A stretch of 64,000 nt of DNA from contig NC_045707.1 of assembly GCF_009834535.1 (NCBI RefSeq), forward strand, positions 47,184,001-47,248,000. Reading direction: 5' to 3'. The notes under the pieces were generated by a model. That model worked only from the letters and a program-made list of their open reading frames with translations, was not told the origin of the DNA and ran no database searches. The DNA is from Camelus ferus. Lineage: Eukaryota. The translations under genes and the position numbers were made by a program. Positions 26,345-39,175 of the stretch are shown here, piece by piece (within the stretch, counting starts at the first letter, position 1; every line of letters starts with the position of its first letter).

Positions 26345-27240
26345 TGAGTCTACAACAATAAAACAACTTGATTTAAAAATGGGCAAAGAAAAAAAAATTA
26401 AAAAATTAAATTGGGCAAAGGACTTGAGTAGACATTTTTCTAAAGAAGACATGCAAATGGCCAACAATTGTATAAAAAGATGCTTGACGTCACTAATTAC
26501 TAGAGAATTGAAAATCAAAACCACAATGATGAGATATTGTTACATTCCCATTAGGTATACCCAAAGAACAGAAAATAACAAGTGTTGGTGAGGATGTAGA
26601 GAAATTGGAACCCTTGTGCACTGTTGATGGTAATGTAAATTAGTACAGATGCTATAGAAAACAGTATGGTGGTTCCTCAAAAAATTGAATATAGAACTAT
26701 CATGTGATCTAATTCCACTTCTGAGTATACATATACCCAAAAGAATTAAAAGCAGGGTTTTGAAGAGATATTTATATACTCATATTCATTGCAGCATTAT
26801 TCACACTAGTTAAAAGGTAACCCAAGTTCCCAATGATAGATGAGTCGATAAAAAATGTGATATATAAAAAGACAGAATATTACTCAGCCTTAAAAAGGAA
26901 GAAAATTCTGACACATGGTTCACATGGATGAGCCTGGAGGACATTATGCTAAGTGAAATACATCAGTTGCAAAATGAAAATACTGCATGATTCCATATAT
27001 ATGAGATACCTAGAATAGTTAAATTCATAGAGACAGAAAATAGAATGGTGGTCACCAGGGGTGAGAGAAATAGGGAATGGTAAGTTGTTTAATGCATATT
27101 GAGTTTTAGTTTTATAAGATGAAAGGAGTTTTTAGACTGTGTGCACAACATAATGTAGTTAACACTACTGAACTATACACTTAAAACTGGTTAAAATGGT
27201 AAATTTTATAGGTGTATTTTATCATAATTTAAAAAAAAGT
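26345..27240 (+). mobile_element. L1 ORF2 C-terminus plus 3'UTR (L1MB-like)
   Basis: ORF 26379-26591 contains WAKDLSRHFSKEDMQMAN, typical of L1 ORF2p. Ends in 'aaaatggtaaattttat' and an A-run. Confidence 0.9.
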
Positions 27241-29219
27241 TGAGCGATAGCTCATTAAAATATGAAGTCATTTTTTGGTGGGAAAAACCCAAGAATAGCA
27301 GGACTTTGGGCCTCAGAAACCAGTTGGCAGCAGCCAGCTTGAGCTGAGTATCTGCTCTTCTCTTTAGATGAACCTATTCTTTGCTGTTCTCCTCAGGCCC
27401 CACTTCAGTATATTTTTTCAATTAAGTAACCAGTCTGATCACTATAGACCTTTGAGTTTGCAAACCCTAAAATTAAACTATCTCTATGATCCTTTCCAGA
27501 ATTGATACCTATGATTTCAGAATCTTAGTCATTATGAACACTCTGGAAGTAAAAAAGGTGAGTGAAGATGTAGGCAGAGGGACATTCAGGTTACCTTTTT
27601 GATGTCTCCTTGCTCAGGTCCCTGGGAAGGTTAAGACCCATGTCCCTAGTGGGCAGTAAAAACAACTAGCTGGTGACATTGGTTTAGTTGCTCTCTGACC
27701 CCTGGGTAATTCCAGCCCTGGTTGAGGGTTATGCTCTGAGCCTGAGCCTTTAGTATTACTCCGGTCATTGTGGCTTGCTGATACCCTGATCCAGGGGACA
27801 CTATTGTCACCAAGATAGATGAAATCCTTAAATATTACAAAATGGATGCCCATAATAGCATGGGAAACTTAGGAGAGAAATGATAAAGACAACTGGAAGC
27901 TTTGCTTCCAGAAAAAGATGACTTAAATTTATCTAAAGGAAGCAAAGAAAAAAATAGATCTATTCCTTAAACAACCCTCCTAGTTTGATACGAGTGTGCT
28001 GTGTATGCTACGTGTGATATCATACGTCACTCTGCTTTTGATTTTGGGAAACAACTTGATTATTGAAGTCTGGGGTAAGGTAATTTTGAAATCCTCCTCT
28101 ACCCCTTTGTGTAGAGGAGAATGAGATCAGTTCCAATAAGAAATCAGATTGCCCCACTTTGTGAAGACTATCCCTGTCTTGGTCCCTCATTCATTCACTC
28201 ACTCTTCATTCATCCATTTATTCAACCAATATTTATTTAGCACATACTAGTAGTGCCAGTCCCTGGCTAATAAGTAAGACAGTTAGGAACTTAGGAAGTG
28301 CTGGAAGGCAGACAACTAGAGAGTAGCTTGTCAATGTCTGATAAGTAGTTTCCTAGAGGATATAATATAGTATCTTTTTTTCCTTCTCAATATGCATTAG
28401 ACACTTTGGTAGTTAATATGGGGTCAGCTTAGTGGACAAGATGGCATTGAACAAGAATGATAATATAAGATTTCATAGTTTTTATTTCTTCTGACTGCAA
28501 GGGACATGGGAAGTTGTTATAGAAGTGGTGTTGGTGTCTGGTCTTGGAGGATGTCTGTATTCTCAGTAGTCAGAGACTGGGAGGAGATTTATTCTAGGCT
28601 GAAGGCAAAACATAGCCAGAGGCGGGAAGTATGGAATGGCAAGAATGTTTGTGGAGGGCAGGACTTTCTGTGAGCTGGTTGAGCTTTATTTCTTCCAGTA
28701 ATGCTGAAAATTGTACTGAGATATAATTATAGAGAAGGGTCACTCTTAGGGTAGCCACTCACTATTACCATTACCTCCACAGTGCCTGGAGACCTGCCTA
28801 AGAAGGGGCTGCCTCAGCCTTAAAGAGATTCACTCTGAAACAGTTTTCTGTTTCGTAAAGGTTCCTTAGGATTGGGGTGGGTAGGGGTAGTGTGTGGGAT
28901 GGCAGAATTGAGACTTCTCCATAGTACTTGCACCAATTCATGGACTGCACTTTATATAGACTTGAAGTTAAGCCTTTGGACTATACTAAGCAAATTTGTG
29001 AGAAATACTTCACAAATTTGTGAAAAATCACCTTTGCCAAAAGTATCTGATGACCTTAACCTAAAGAGACTGTTTTTAAAAAGCTAGGGAGCTTACATTT
29101 GGCAGGAATATGAAATGCATTTACTTTAAAAAAAAAATGAAGTGTGCAGCATGCCGTTTTGGGCAGCTCATAGAAGAAAGTTTTGTGACTGCTTTGTGTG
29201 CATAGACTTTACATACCTG

Positions 29220-29460
29220 TACAGTAATAGTAGTGTATGCTACTAGTAGTGGTGTGCTAGGCACCCTTCTAACTAATCTATATTTTTGTATTAACTCAGA
29301 TGACTATCCTAATAACTTTGTAGACACTTCTATTATCTCTATTGGACTGATGAAGAATTACCAACAGGTTGAGTAACTTGCCCAAGATAGTTTGGTAGTA
29401 AAAGGTGAAGGTAGGATTTCAGCCCAGGCCTGGCTCCAGATTCTGTGCTGTGTGTTCTGC
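29220..29460 (-). mobile_element. MIR SINE
   Basis: 'aggttgagtaacttgcccaag' and 'ggatttcagcccagg'. Confidence 0.7.
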
Positions 29461-29717
29461 CTCTGGGAGTAAATAAAAATCAAACAGACTCCTAGGAAAC
29501 AGTAATTCTTAGCAATGATATTGGAGTTAGTTAGGAAGTGGGTTGTATTGGATTTGTATGTTCATCCAGTATTTATTGAGCACTTACTACATTATGCCAG
29601 GCACTGTCCAAGTGCCGGGACATATAGATGCACAGAGTAGATGGAAGCCCTGCCCTCAGGATGCTTATGTCCTAGGAGATCCACTCCCTTGTTTCTAAAG
29701 ACATCGGTTCTCTATTT

Positions 29718-30014
29718 GAGTGCTTCTCCAACTACCTGTGTTAAAGGACCAGTTTTTTTTTTTTTAATTTCCAATTTTGTCATGAACTGGTATTTTAATA
29801 AAATACAATAAAAATCAGTTACTAGAAAAACAAAATTTAAAAACCCAAAAGACATATAAACTATGCAGCTTGTTTTTTAAGTATTAGACTCAAAGATACA
29901 AAATTACTTGTCAGTTTTCTATGTTTCTAAGGCTTACTCTCAATTTCTGTGCTTATTTTGAATCACAACAGTTCACTAACTGGCAGTAATCTAAGGCACA
30001 CACTTGGGTAGCTT
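29718..30014 (-). mobile_element. hAT-Charlie element, Charlie18a-like
   Basis: 'gtgcttctccaactacctgtgttaaaggaccagttttt' and 'cttactctcaatttctgt' match the recalled antisense Charlie18a sequence. Confidence 0.75.
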
Positions 30015-30099
30015 CCATCTGCTCTGTCTTTGCCAACTATTTAGTTACTGCCCATCACACCATGTGATCTGAGAAATAAAGATGAATTGGATTGAAAAT

Positions 30100-30423
30100 A
30101 CAATAGGCTTTTTTTTCTGCAAAGGGCCAGATAGTAAAGATTTGAGGCTCTGTGGGCCAGACCATCTCTGTCACAATTACTCAGCTCTGAAAGCAGCCAG
30201 AGGGGATACATAGTGAACAAGTAGGGTTGTGTTCCAACAGAACTTTATTTCTAGTCAATGAAATTTGGATTTTATATACTTTTTTTGTATCACAAAATGT
30301 TATTCTTCTTTTCATTTTTTTCAATCATGTTTATAAATGTGAAAAACATTCTTAGCATGTGGGTCATACAAAAATAGGCCCCAGACTGGATTTAGCCTAT
30401 AGGTTTTAGTTTTCAGACCCCTG
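30100..30423 (+). mobile_element. hAT-Charlie MER58B-like element
   Basis: 'ttttctgcaaagggccagatagtaaa', 'ctctgtcacaattactcagctctg' and terminal 'gacccctg'. Confidence 0.85.
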
Positions 30424-30614
30424 CAATAAGCCAATTCTGGACAATAGAAATATCCTGAAATAGTAGATATCCTTGAATTTGCTAAGAAATAAATGCAAGC
30501 TTCCATATTTTTGTATGATTTGTAGTGAATATTAGTGGTGGTATCAATAAACACAAAACAAAGCTGAAAAAGCCTAAACTGCACTTGGTAAATGATAATA
30601 AATATCAAGAGAAG

Positions 30615-31252
30615 ATTAGAACCCTCTTGAATTGCTGGTGGAAATGTAAAGTGGTCTAGCCTGTTTGGAAAATGGTCTGGCAGGTCCTCAAAAATGTAAG
30701 CATAGAGTTACCATATGACTAATAATTTCACTCCTAGGTGTGTGTGTGTGTGTGTGTGTATAAAACTAAATCAAAAACTTATGTCCATAAAAAATTTGTA
30801 CATGAATGTTCATAGCAGCATTATTCATAGTAGCCATAAAGTAGAAATTACCTAAATGTCCAGCTGATGAATAAACGAAAGATAGTGTGTCCAAATAATG
30901 GAATATTATTTGGCCATAAGAAGGAATGAAGATGAAATGTTGATACATACTACAATATGGATGAACTTTGAAAACATGCTAAATGAAAGAAGCCCGGTAC
31001 AAAACGTCACGTATTATATGATTTCATGTATATGAAATGTCCAGAATATGGAAATCCATAGAGAAAGTAGATTACTGGTTGTTAGAGGCTGGGAGCAGAG
31101 AGAGGGGAATGGGGAGTATCTTTTTCTAATGATGAAAATGCTCTGGAATTTGCTAGCAGTGATAGGTGCATAACCCTGTGAATAAACTAAAAAACAGCAA
31201 ATTGTATACATTAAAAGGATAAAATTTATGTACATGATTTATATCTCAAAAC
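30615..31252 (+). mobile_element. L1 3' end (L1MB-like)
   Basis: 'catgaatgttcatagcagcattattcatagtagcc' and 'atggatgaactttgaaaacatgctaaatgaaagaagcc'. Confidence 0.9.
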
Positions 31253-31713
31253 ACTAAAGAGATGATATTTTTAAAAGTTGACAAAATAATCAAATTTTGG
31301 CAATAACATTTGACCGGGAAAATTTGACCTTAGTAAAAATAATAGCCATAGCAGGAACTTTGAAAAGATAAAATTTTATTTGGACCAAACATTGATTGAT
31401 GAATTTTATCTTTGTTGTGAAATACATGTTGATAAAAATTGATTCAGTGAAAATGACTTCAGCTGAGCAAAATTTAAAATAGAAAAAAACTGAAAATGAT
31501 TTAACTGATTTCCATAGAAAATTGAGAAATTAAATTGGCTTAATGGCATTCACTCCCCAAATTATTTCTTAACCAAAATTAATAAATAATGGTACTATTT
31601 CAATTAAAATATTCATATTTAAAATGCAGAGTCAAAACATCCTTGATCAAAAATGACAGATAAACACATGTCCTGGGATTCTAATATTGCTCTAATATTT
31701 GTTAGTCATTTGT

Positions 31714-32103
31714 TGTACTAGTTTTCTAGGGCTGCCATAACAAAATACCATAGACTGCGTGGCTTAAACAACAGAAATTTATTTTCTCCCATTTATGGAG
31801 GCTGGAAGTTCAAGATCAAAGTGTGGCCAGAGTTGATTTCTCCTGAGGCCTCTCTCCTTGGCTTGCAAATGGCCACCTTGTCCTTGCGTCCCCACATGCA
31901 TTTCCTCCGCACATCTGTATCCAAATTTTCTCTTCTTATAAGGACACCAGTCATATTGAATTAGGACCCACCCCAATGGCCTTATTTTAACTTACTGACT
32001 TCTTTACAGGCCCTATCTCTAAATACAGTCACATTCTGAGGTACTGGGGGTTAGGACTTCAACATATGAATTTGGGAGAGGGGACACAATTGAGCTCATA
32101 ACA
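31714..32103 (-). mobile_element. MaLR solo LTR, MLT1B-like
   Basis: TG...CA ends, canonical MLT1B motifs and a perfect 5-bp TSD tttgt (31709-31713 and 32104-32108). Confidence 0.92.
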
Positions 32104-32784
32104 TTTGTTTAGTAACTGCCAGCACAAACTTTATGACTTGACAGGCTCAAAGAATGTTAATACTGGAAACCTCAGCTGTTGTCTAGTGTAGTTCTTCCCT
32201 TCTCCCTTTCAGAAAGAGGGGTGAATGTAGCCTTACACAAGCACTTTTCTCTGACTTTCAGCTTTCGGTCCTAGGACAGAAGAGGGGTCTGTACTCAAGA
32301 TGAACACAGTTTCCCTCAGTATTTGTTATCATGAGTGACATTGTGTGCGGTGACTAAGGGAGTGCTCTTGAGGAATCACGAAAATCTCGTCTGTATAGTT
32401 TAGCAATGATGGAGGATTACTTACAGAACTACAACAACACAGACAGCATATTTATAATCCCAAAGCTGGACTAACCCAGACATTGTTTTAAAAAGTCCTT
32501 GAGGATTAAGTTCACCTTAGAGCAGTTTCAAGAGGCTTTAGCTGTCTTCAAAAGTATCCCAGGTGCCATCTGAGAACAGATGTTTGGGTTCAGAGGTGAA
32601 AATAGGAGAAGGAAAGCCTCAGAAATCATTAGCACTGGGTTCTCAGAAGCTCCTTTCTTACCTATAGAAGTCTAGGGGCTTCTTAAGTTGCTAGGGTATC
32701 AATTTTTGATGAAATCTTAGAGATTCTTTAGGGAATGTCTTAAAAGTGTCCAAGCCTAGAAGCAAGTGATGAACAGCGTTTATT

Positions 32785-33420
32785 CAGTTCATTCATTCTT
32801 ATATTCCTCCTCCCATCAAATGTTTATTAGGTATCTACTGTATGGCAGACACGTGCAAGGTGAGGGGCATTTAGTTATGATCACGTGGAGACCACAGTTA
32901 GGAGACAAACCATTAAAACAAACAATCATCAGGGGAGGGTATAGCTCAGTAGTCAAGTGTGTGCTTATCAGCACAAGGTCCTGGGTTCAATCCCCAGCAC
33001 CTCCATTAAAGAAAAATTAAAATGAATAAACCTAATTATCCACCCCTGAAGCAACTGTCATACAATAAGGCCTGTGATAGAGAAAATTACAGTGGATTGT
33101 AGGAGCATACAGAGAGAAGGGCATCCAACTTAGGTAAGGTAGTCAGGAGAGCTTTCCCCAGAGAAAGTGAGGGCAAAGCTGACACCTGAGAATGAATGGG
33201 AGTTGGTCAGGTGAAGAGGGAGAAGAGAAAGGTCCCAGTGGAGGAAATGCCTTGTGTGTGGCCTGCAGGCAGATGTTAATGGGATGAAGACATGTTCACT
33301 TTGGCTAAAGTGCAGAATGTAGACGGCGAGAGCATAAAGGCTGGAAGGGTAGCAGGGTGGGAGTGATAGATGGGGTGTGGGGATGCGGATCCTAAAGAGC
33401 CTTGTGGGATATGGCAGAAA
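32785..33420 (-). mobile_element. L2 3' fragment hosting a Vic-1 SINE
   Basis: 'ttcattcattc', 'caaatgtttattaggtatctactg' and 'gtcaggagagctttccccagagaaagtga'. Confidence 0.7.
32932..33047 (+). mobile_element. Vic-1-type camelid SINE
   Basis: 'ggggagggtatagctcagt', 'ggtcctgggttcaatccccagcacctcc' and 'aataaacctaatta'. Confidence 0.9.
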
Positions 33421-33519
33421 GAGGAGGGTCTTCTGAGAGCTCCCTTATTTACCCCTGATCTGCTCCTGTGATTTTGAGGTGTTCTGAGAGGGCTGTATTG
33501 TGCCCTAGCCAATATCCAA

Positions 33520-33745
33520 CAGCATGAGCTCCAGAGCCAGACTGTCTGGTTTTGAAGCTTCACTGAGCTGCTTCGTATCATTACCTAATCTCTGTGTTTC
33601 AATGCCCTCCCTCATCTGTAAAATGTGGCCAAAATAGTATCCACCTCATAGAGCTATTGTGAGAACAGAGTAAGATTATACACATTAACTGCTCTAGAAT
33701 ATGGCCTACCACATAATAAATTCTCACAAAATTGCAGCTATTAGC
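33520..33745 (+). mobile_element. MIR SINE
   Basis: 'cctcatctgtaaaatg' and 'cctcatagagctattgtgag'. Confidence 0.8.
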
Positions 33746-34544
33746 AAAATCCTTACTGTGAAGCCCAATCTCACAAAATACTGTTGTCCCCTTTGTTCTA
33801 GAATGAAATAACATTGTTTGGGCTGTTACAGATTTCTTGCCCTTCATACCTTGAGTCCTAGGTTTCAAAGTAATGGTAGGAATTTGTTCTAATTGCTCTA
33901 TGACACATGCTTGGAATTATGGTCTCTTGAATATTATTATGCCACAAATGCTTGGAGCCAAGAGCATGGAACATTTATGAACAGCTGAGTCATGGAGTGG
34001 TATACAAGTCCAGACTGCTATAGGCAACTTCCTGTGGGTCAGTGGCTGCAGGGGCTGGGGTGGCCACAGGTAGAGTCATCCTCATGGCCATCCATGCACT
34101 GCCCAAGAAAGCTTAAGGAAGCCAGGCTATCTTTTCTATCTGGTTAATCAAGAGGCAAAGGTATTAAAGGAACCTTGGGATTTGTAGTCTCATAATAGGA
34201 AGTTGGGTTAATGATTTCTTTGTTCTCTGTTTTTATTTTCTTTCCTCGGAAGCTCACAATAATTCCCTGATCTGGTGATTATTGTAGGGATTAGGCTTGT
34301 ATCATATTTTCCTAATAATATAAGAACAGTTAATGAATTCACTTAGTCATTAATTTGACAAGTATTTACTGTAGCTGTATTAAGAATGGAATATAAATAT
34401 GGTTAGTAGTACATGGTTCTTACCTGTGACAGGGGAGCTTGATGTGTCTACTAATAATTGAGGCAATATAGTAAATGCTAACATAGAGTTTTATTTGAGG
34501 TGCTACAGGATCACAGAAGGAAAAACCCTAATCTTGCTCAAGGT

Positions 34545-35010
34545 TGTGATGGTTAATTTTGTGTCAACTTGGCTGGTCCATGGTGCCCAGATATGTGGTC
34601 AAACATTATTCTGGGTGTTTCTGTGAGGATATTTTTTGGATGAGACAAACATATGAGTCAGTAGATGTTGAGTAATGTAGACTACTCTCCATTGTGTGGG
34701 TGGGCCTCATCCAATCAGTTGAAGGCTTGAATAGACAAAAGACTAACTTCCTCCAAGCAAAAGGGAATTCTGTAGCAGGTGGCTTTCATATTTGAATGCA
34801 GCATTGACTCTTCCTGAGTCTCTAGCCTGATGGCCTTTGGACTTGAACTACAGCATTTGCTCTTCCATGAGTTTCCATCCTGCTGTCCCACCTTGCAGAT
34901 TTTGGGCTAGCCAGCATTCAGAATTGCATGAACCAATTCCTTAAAATAAATCTTTTTGCACACACACACACCCCTATTGGTTCTGTTTCTTTGGAGAACC
35001 CTTAATAGTC
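34545..35010 (+). mobile_element. ERVL solo LTR, MLT2-like
   Basis: 'tgtgatggttaattttgtgtcaacttgg', 'gggtgggcctcatccaatcagttgaaggc' and 'cctattggttctgtttctttggagaaccc'. Confidence 0.92.
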
Positions 35011-36339
35011 CAATAGTGATCAGGGAAAGCTTTAGAGAATAGGTGCTATTTGCGCTGAATCTTAAAGGATAAATCAGAGGCATACATTTAGGGTTGGGTA
35101 AGGGCAATCTAGGCAGAGGGAACTGGAAACACAAAGGCAGGAGGCTCCCAGCAGTGTGGGGCTTTGGGAGGCTTGTACAGAGCTCGGTTTTCTTGAACTC
35201 AGGATGTTTGAGAGGCATGAAGGGAGGAAAGAATGGAGAAGCAGGCAAATAAGGAAGGGCGTGTACATATTATGGCAAATATGCAGTCACTCAGAGGTTA
35301 TGGGGAGCAGAGGGGGATGTTTTAAGAAGTGGAGGTAAGGTAGAACTTAAAAGATGGAATTAAGACAAGGGATGACAAAGGATTGAATAAGGTAGTGGTG
35401 GTGACGAAGGAGCAGAAAGATGGATTTGAAAGTTATTTGAGAGGTAGCATTTATGGGACTTCATTGATGAGACCCAAGGTGGAGTGATGAAAGAAATGAT
35501 GGAGTCAAGACACCTAGTTTCTGGCTCAGGCCTATTGATTGGGTGGTGGTGCTCTGACTTATATATTACAGATCTTGTAATATGAGTTTAGATTACCCTG
35601 GACAACTTCCAAAAGGGTTTAATTAACAAAGTGCTAAAAAGGAACTAAACCACCACAGCAAGAATGGCAAGCTGGTGAGCTTCCAGAGAATGAGAAAATT
35701 AGAAGATGTCTTCTAGGTGCACAACGCTCATCAATTTCACTACAAACTGAACCTAGGTAATTCCCCCACTCAAGGTGGAGTCTGTGAATTCCAAGGGGGC
35801 AATATGAGCTTAAAGTAAAGAAATTTCAATGCCTGCTTCTATATTTCATGTATGCAATTGTCCCCCTTGCTGGTGTAATAAGTATGGATTTACGTAATGT
35901 CCCAGAAATAATTGCAGTAGTTCTGTTGGGATAACGTGGTAAGACTGATTTTCTTGCAATACCCTCTCTTTCCTGTTCATTCCACCTAATAAATTCCTGT
36001 GTGTGACTCAAGATCCACCTTACATTGTATCTTCAGGAACTTGCCCCGTATGACGTCAGCCTGCAATTAGCTCTCTTGCCCCCACATTCCTTTGCAGCAC
36101 TTTGAGGTTGATTATAGACTGCCTTGAATATGTTGGCTTTCATATTCTTTGAGTCCCAAGACATCACTTATTTACCTGCTGGTGTTTTTGTTTGTTTGTT
36201 TGTTTTTTGTTTGCAGTTTCAGGTTTCTAGCCTTGACTTTTATATGCTGGTCACCTGCACTGTTGCAGGAGACAGCAAGAATTACATGCTACCTGCCCTT
36301 ATGACTATTTATTGAGTATTTACTGTGTGCCAAGTATGT

Positions 36340-36740
36340 GATCCAGCCCACTCTACATCCTTGGCTCCCTCTTGCCCTCACTCACTCATTTCCAACCATA
36401 GAGACTTATTCCCATCTCAGGGCCTTTCCACTTGTCTTCTGGCTGCCTGGTTCCCCTAGAACCTCCCACAATTCCATTTCCTTAATCTCACATCCTCCAA
36501 GACACCTCCTCTGACCAGTCTCTCACACATTTGCTCGCTATCTCATTATCCTTTACTTTGTATAGATCACATATTATTATCTAAAATCAACTTGTTTGTT
36601 TAGTTGTTTATGGTCTTTTTCTCCCAGTTTTGGACGTGAACTTCATGAAGTCAGCATTGTCTTTTTCTCTGCTGTAACTTGTGCACACAACACGGTGCCT
36701 GGCTTTCAACAGGTGCTCTACCTTTTGAATCAATGAATCA
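36340..36740 (+). mobile_element. L2 3' fragment
   Basis: 'cccatctcagggcctttccactt', 'acacggtgcctggc' and 'ttgaatcaatgaat'. Confidence 0.7.
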
Positions 36741-38671
36741 GCTGCTCAGGCAAATAGGCACCTGCCCTGCTTAGTTTTTGTGGAGAAGACAGGCAGTAAG
36801 TACCTACTTGTAATAAACATATCAAGTGAAACAATGCATGAAGAAGTACAGTAAGTTATAATGGGGAGTAAATTGAGTCATTGGATTCAGAAAAAGAGCC
36901 CCCTGAACCCAGTGAAATTTAAGTAGAGACAGGAAGGGCTTCACAACTTCTTTTAGACACTGCTGAATGCATCCCGGTTTTCTTGCATTTTATGCTGCTC
37001 TGAAGCTCCTTCAGTTTTGACTCCTAAGACAAACCTTTGTCTTAGAATGAGGAACTAATGGACCTTTCTAGCTATTTTAAGGCACTTGGCACTTTTAAGA
37101 TACACAAACAGTATCCTAGTACATAATGAATAACAATCATCACACTTATTAATGGAATTCAGCATTACAACTGTTCATGCATTCATTTAACTACCACAGA
37201 CATTAAGCTGATGCTACCATATACTTAACAAATATCCTTACTCTGTCACCTCGTTTACACAGAGGCAGTTAACCTTCCTGCTGTCTGCAGTTGTTTATTC
37301 CATCACTAAAGCACTGATGTGTTAGGACTTAACTGGAGAGAGTTTTTCTCCCCTACCTAGCACACTCTGGTATGCATTCGTGAGTTGCTACACCGATGAT
37401 CTATTTTTCAAAAAGAGTACTTTTGGATATTATTACCTTGATATTGCTTTTGATATCAAAAGTGTGACTGCTACATGGCTGATGGAAAAATGTTTCATTG
37501 CTAGGAGCAGAGCCACATGAACACTTAATCACAGCTTTCCCTTTCCCTGCTTTATAACCCACCATAACCGTAACTATCTCCCCATATATTTATTTCATTG
37601 CTGCAAAAATGGATGTTTATTGATTCAGTGGCTAGTGAGGGCTTATTTCTACAGTCAACTGAAAAGGTCTTTGTGTTTGCGGAATCAAATTATAATTTCA
37701 ACCGGTTTCTAAATCTCTTTAGCAGAAAAAAATGCGTATGTGATCAGAATGTACAAATGTGTAATTAGACTGGAGGATGAGACTCCATTATTCCAAAGCT
37801 GCAGCCAGGCGCCAGAGGATGAGAATTGGAGAAGGAATGGGTACTGTCGGAATCCTGTCTTCTAGCTTTCTTTATGTCTGTGTGACCTTGGACAAATCCT
37901 AACTCTGTACCCTGTAATTTCTTCCCCTGTGAAATCATGAGATTGGGTCTGTGGGCTCCCTTCTGGAAGGTAGCCAGAGGGTTTACTGACAACCTGCTGA
38001 AATGTCTTGCTAGGGAAAACTTCTGCTTTGTGGTGTTGCTAGGAGCTCATTGGGGGAGGGTGATTTTGTGGCCTCTGGTTGCCTCTTCTAGCTTTTGACG
38101 TCTTTGAAAGCAAATGGATGGGGTGGGGAATAGAAAATTGTGCTTACTGTGTAAATAGTTAATAATGCTATCAATTTCTACCTCATTGCCATATAATGGA
38201 GATAGGACTCTCATTATTCAGAGACATGCAAATGCTGCAATTCTAGTCTTTACATGCAGCCTCTTAATCACCATGCCACTCACACTATGTAATTTGCTCT
38301 GTGAACTTGGGCACATAAAAAACGTCACCCTAATCACCACCAGTCATGGCACCACTGAAGACAGAACCAGAATAATAGGTATTTGAAAGGGGACATGCTG
38401 AGGACTGCCCTGCTGCAAGGCAAAAACAGGTTGCCAAACACAGTGGCTCTGGCTATCAGAGCAACTGGCTGGAAACTGACACAGCTGTCCCCCCCAACTG
38501 GGGCAAAGTTTGAACGTAGCCCTGCACGACCTGTCTTGAAATTGGGCTAGCAGGGTTGGAAATGAGGGCTCTCTGTGGCCTTGAAGAATGCTGTCAGATC
38601 TGACCTTCCACTGCATCACTCACTTTTACTACAGCAGAAATATAGACTTTTAAGCGTTTCTTTGGCCTAGA

Positions 38672-39175
38672 TACGTGCTGTCCAATGTGGTAGCCACTGG
38701 CCATATGTGACTGGTGAGCACTTGAAATGTGGCTAGTGCAAATGAGATGAGCTGTAAGTGTAAAATACGTAGGGGCTTTCAAAGACTTTGTATGAAAAAA
38801 ATGAATGCGAAATAGCTCATTAATAATTTTATATTGATTACATGTTGAAATGTTGACATTTTAGGTATATTGAGTTGAACAAAATGCCACATTCAAATTA
38901 ATTTCTTTTGTTTCTTTAAAAAAAATTTCTTTTTATGCCTTTTTTTCCTTTATTGAAGTACTGTTGATTTACAATGATATTTTTAGTTTTTTTTTTAATG
39001 GAGATACTGGGGAATTGAACCCAGGACCTTGTGCATGCTAGTCATGCGCTCTACCTCTGAGCTCTACCCACCCCACCACTTTTGTTTCTTTTTTTCCTTT
39101 TAACTTTTTCAGTGTGACTACTTAGAAAAATGTAAAGTTACATATATCTCTCATATTTAATTTTATTGGACACTA
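38672..39175 (-). mobile_element. hAT-Charlie MER33-like element, interrupted
   Basis: 'gctgtccaatgtggtagccactggcc', 'gagcacttgaaatgtggctag' and terminal 'tattggaca'. Flanked by gcctaga at 38665-38671 and 39176-39182. Confidence 0.85.
38918..39078 (-). mobile_element. Vic-1-type SINE carrying an L1-like 3' tail
   Basis: Antisense SINE body 'attgaacccaggaccttgtgcatg...ctctacctctgagct' plus the L1 terminal motif 'tttattgaagtactgttgatttacaatg', both inside TSD cttttgtttcttt. Confidence 0.8.
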
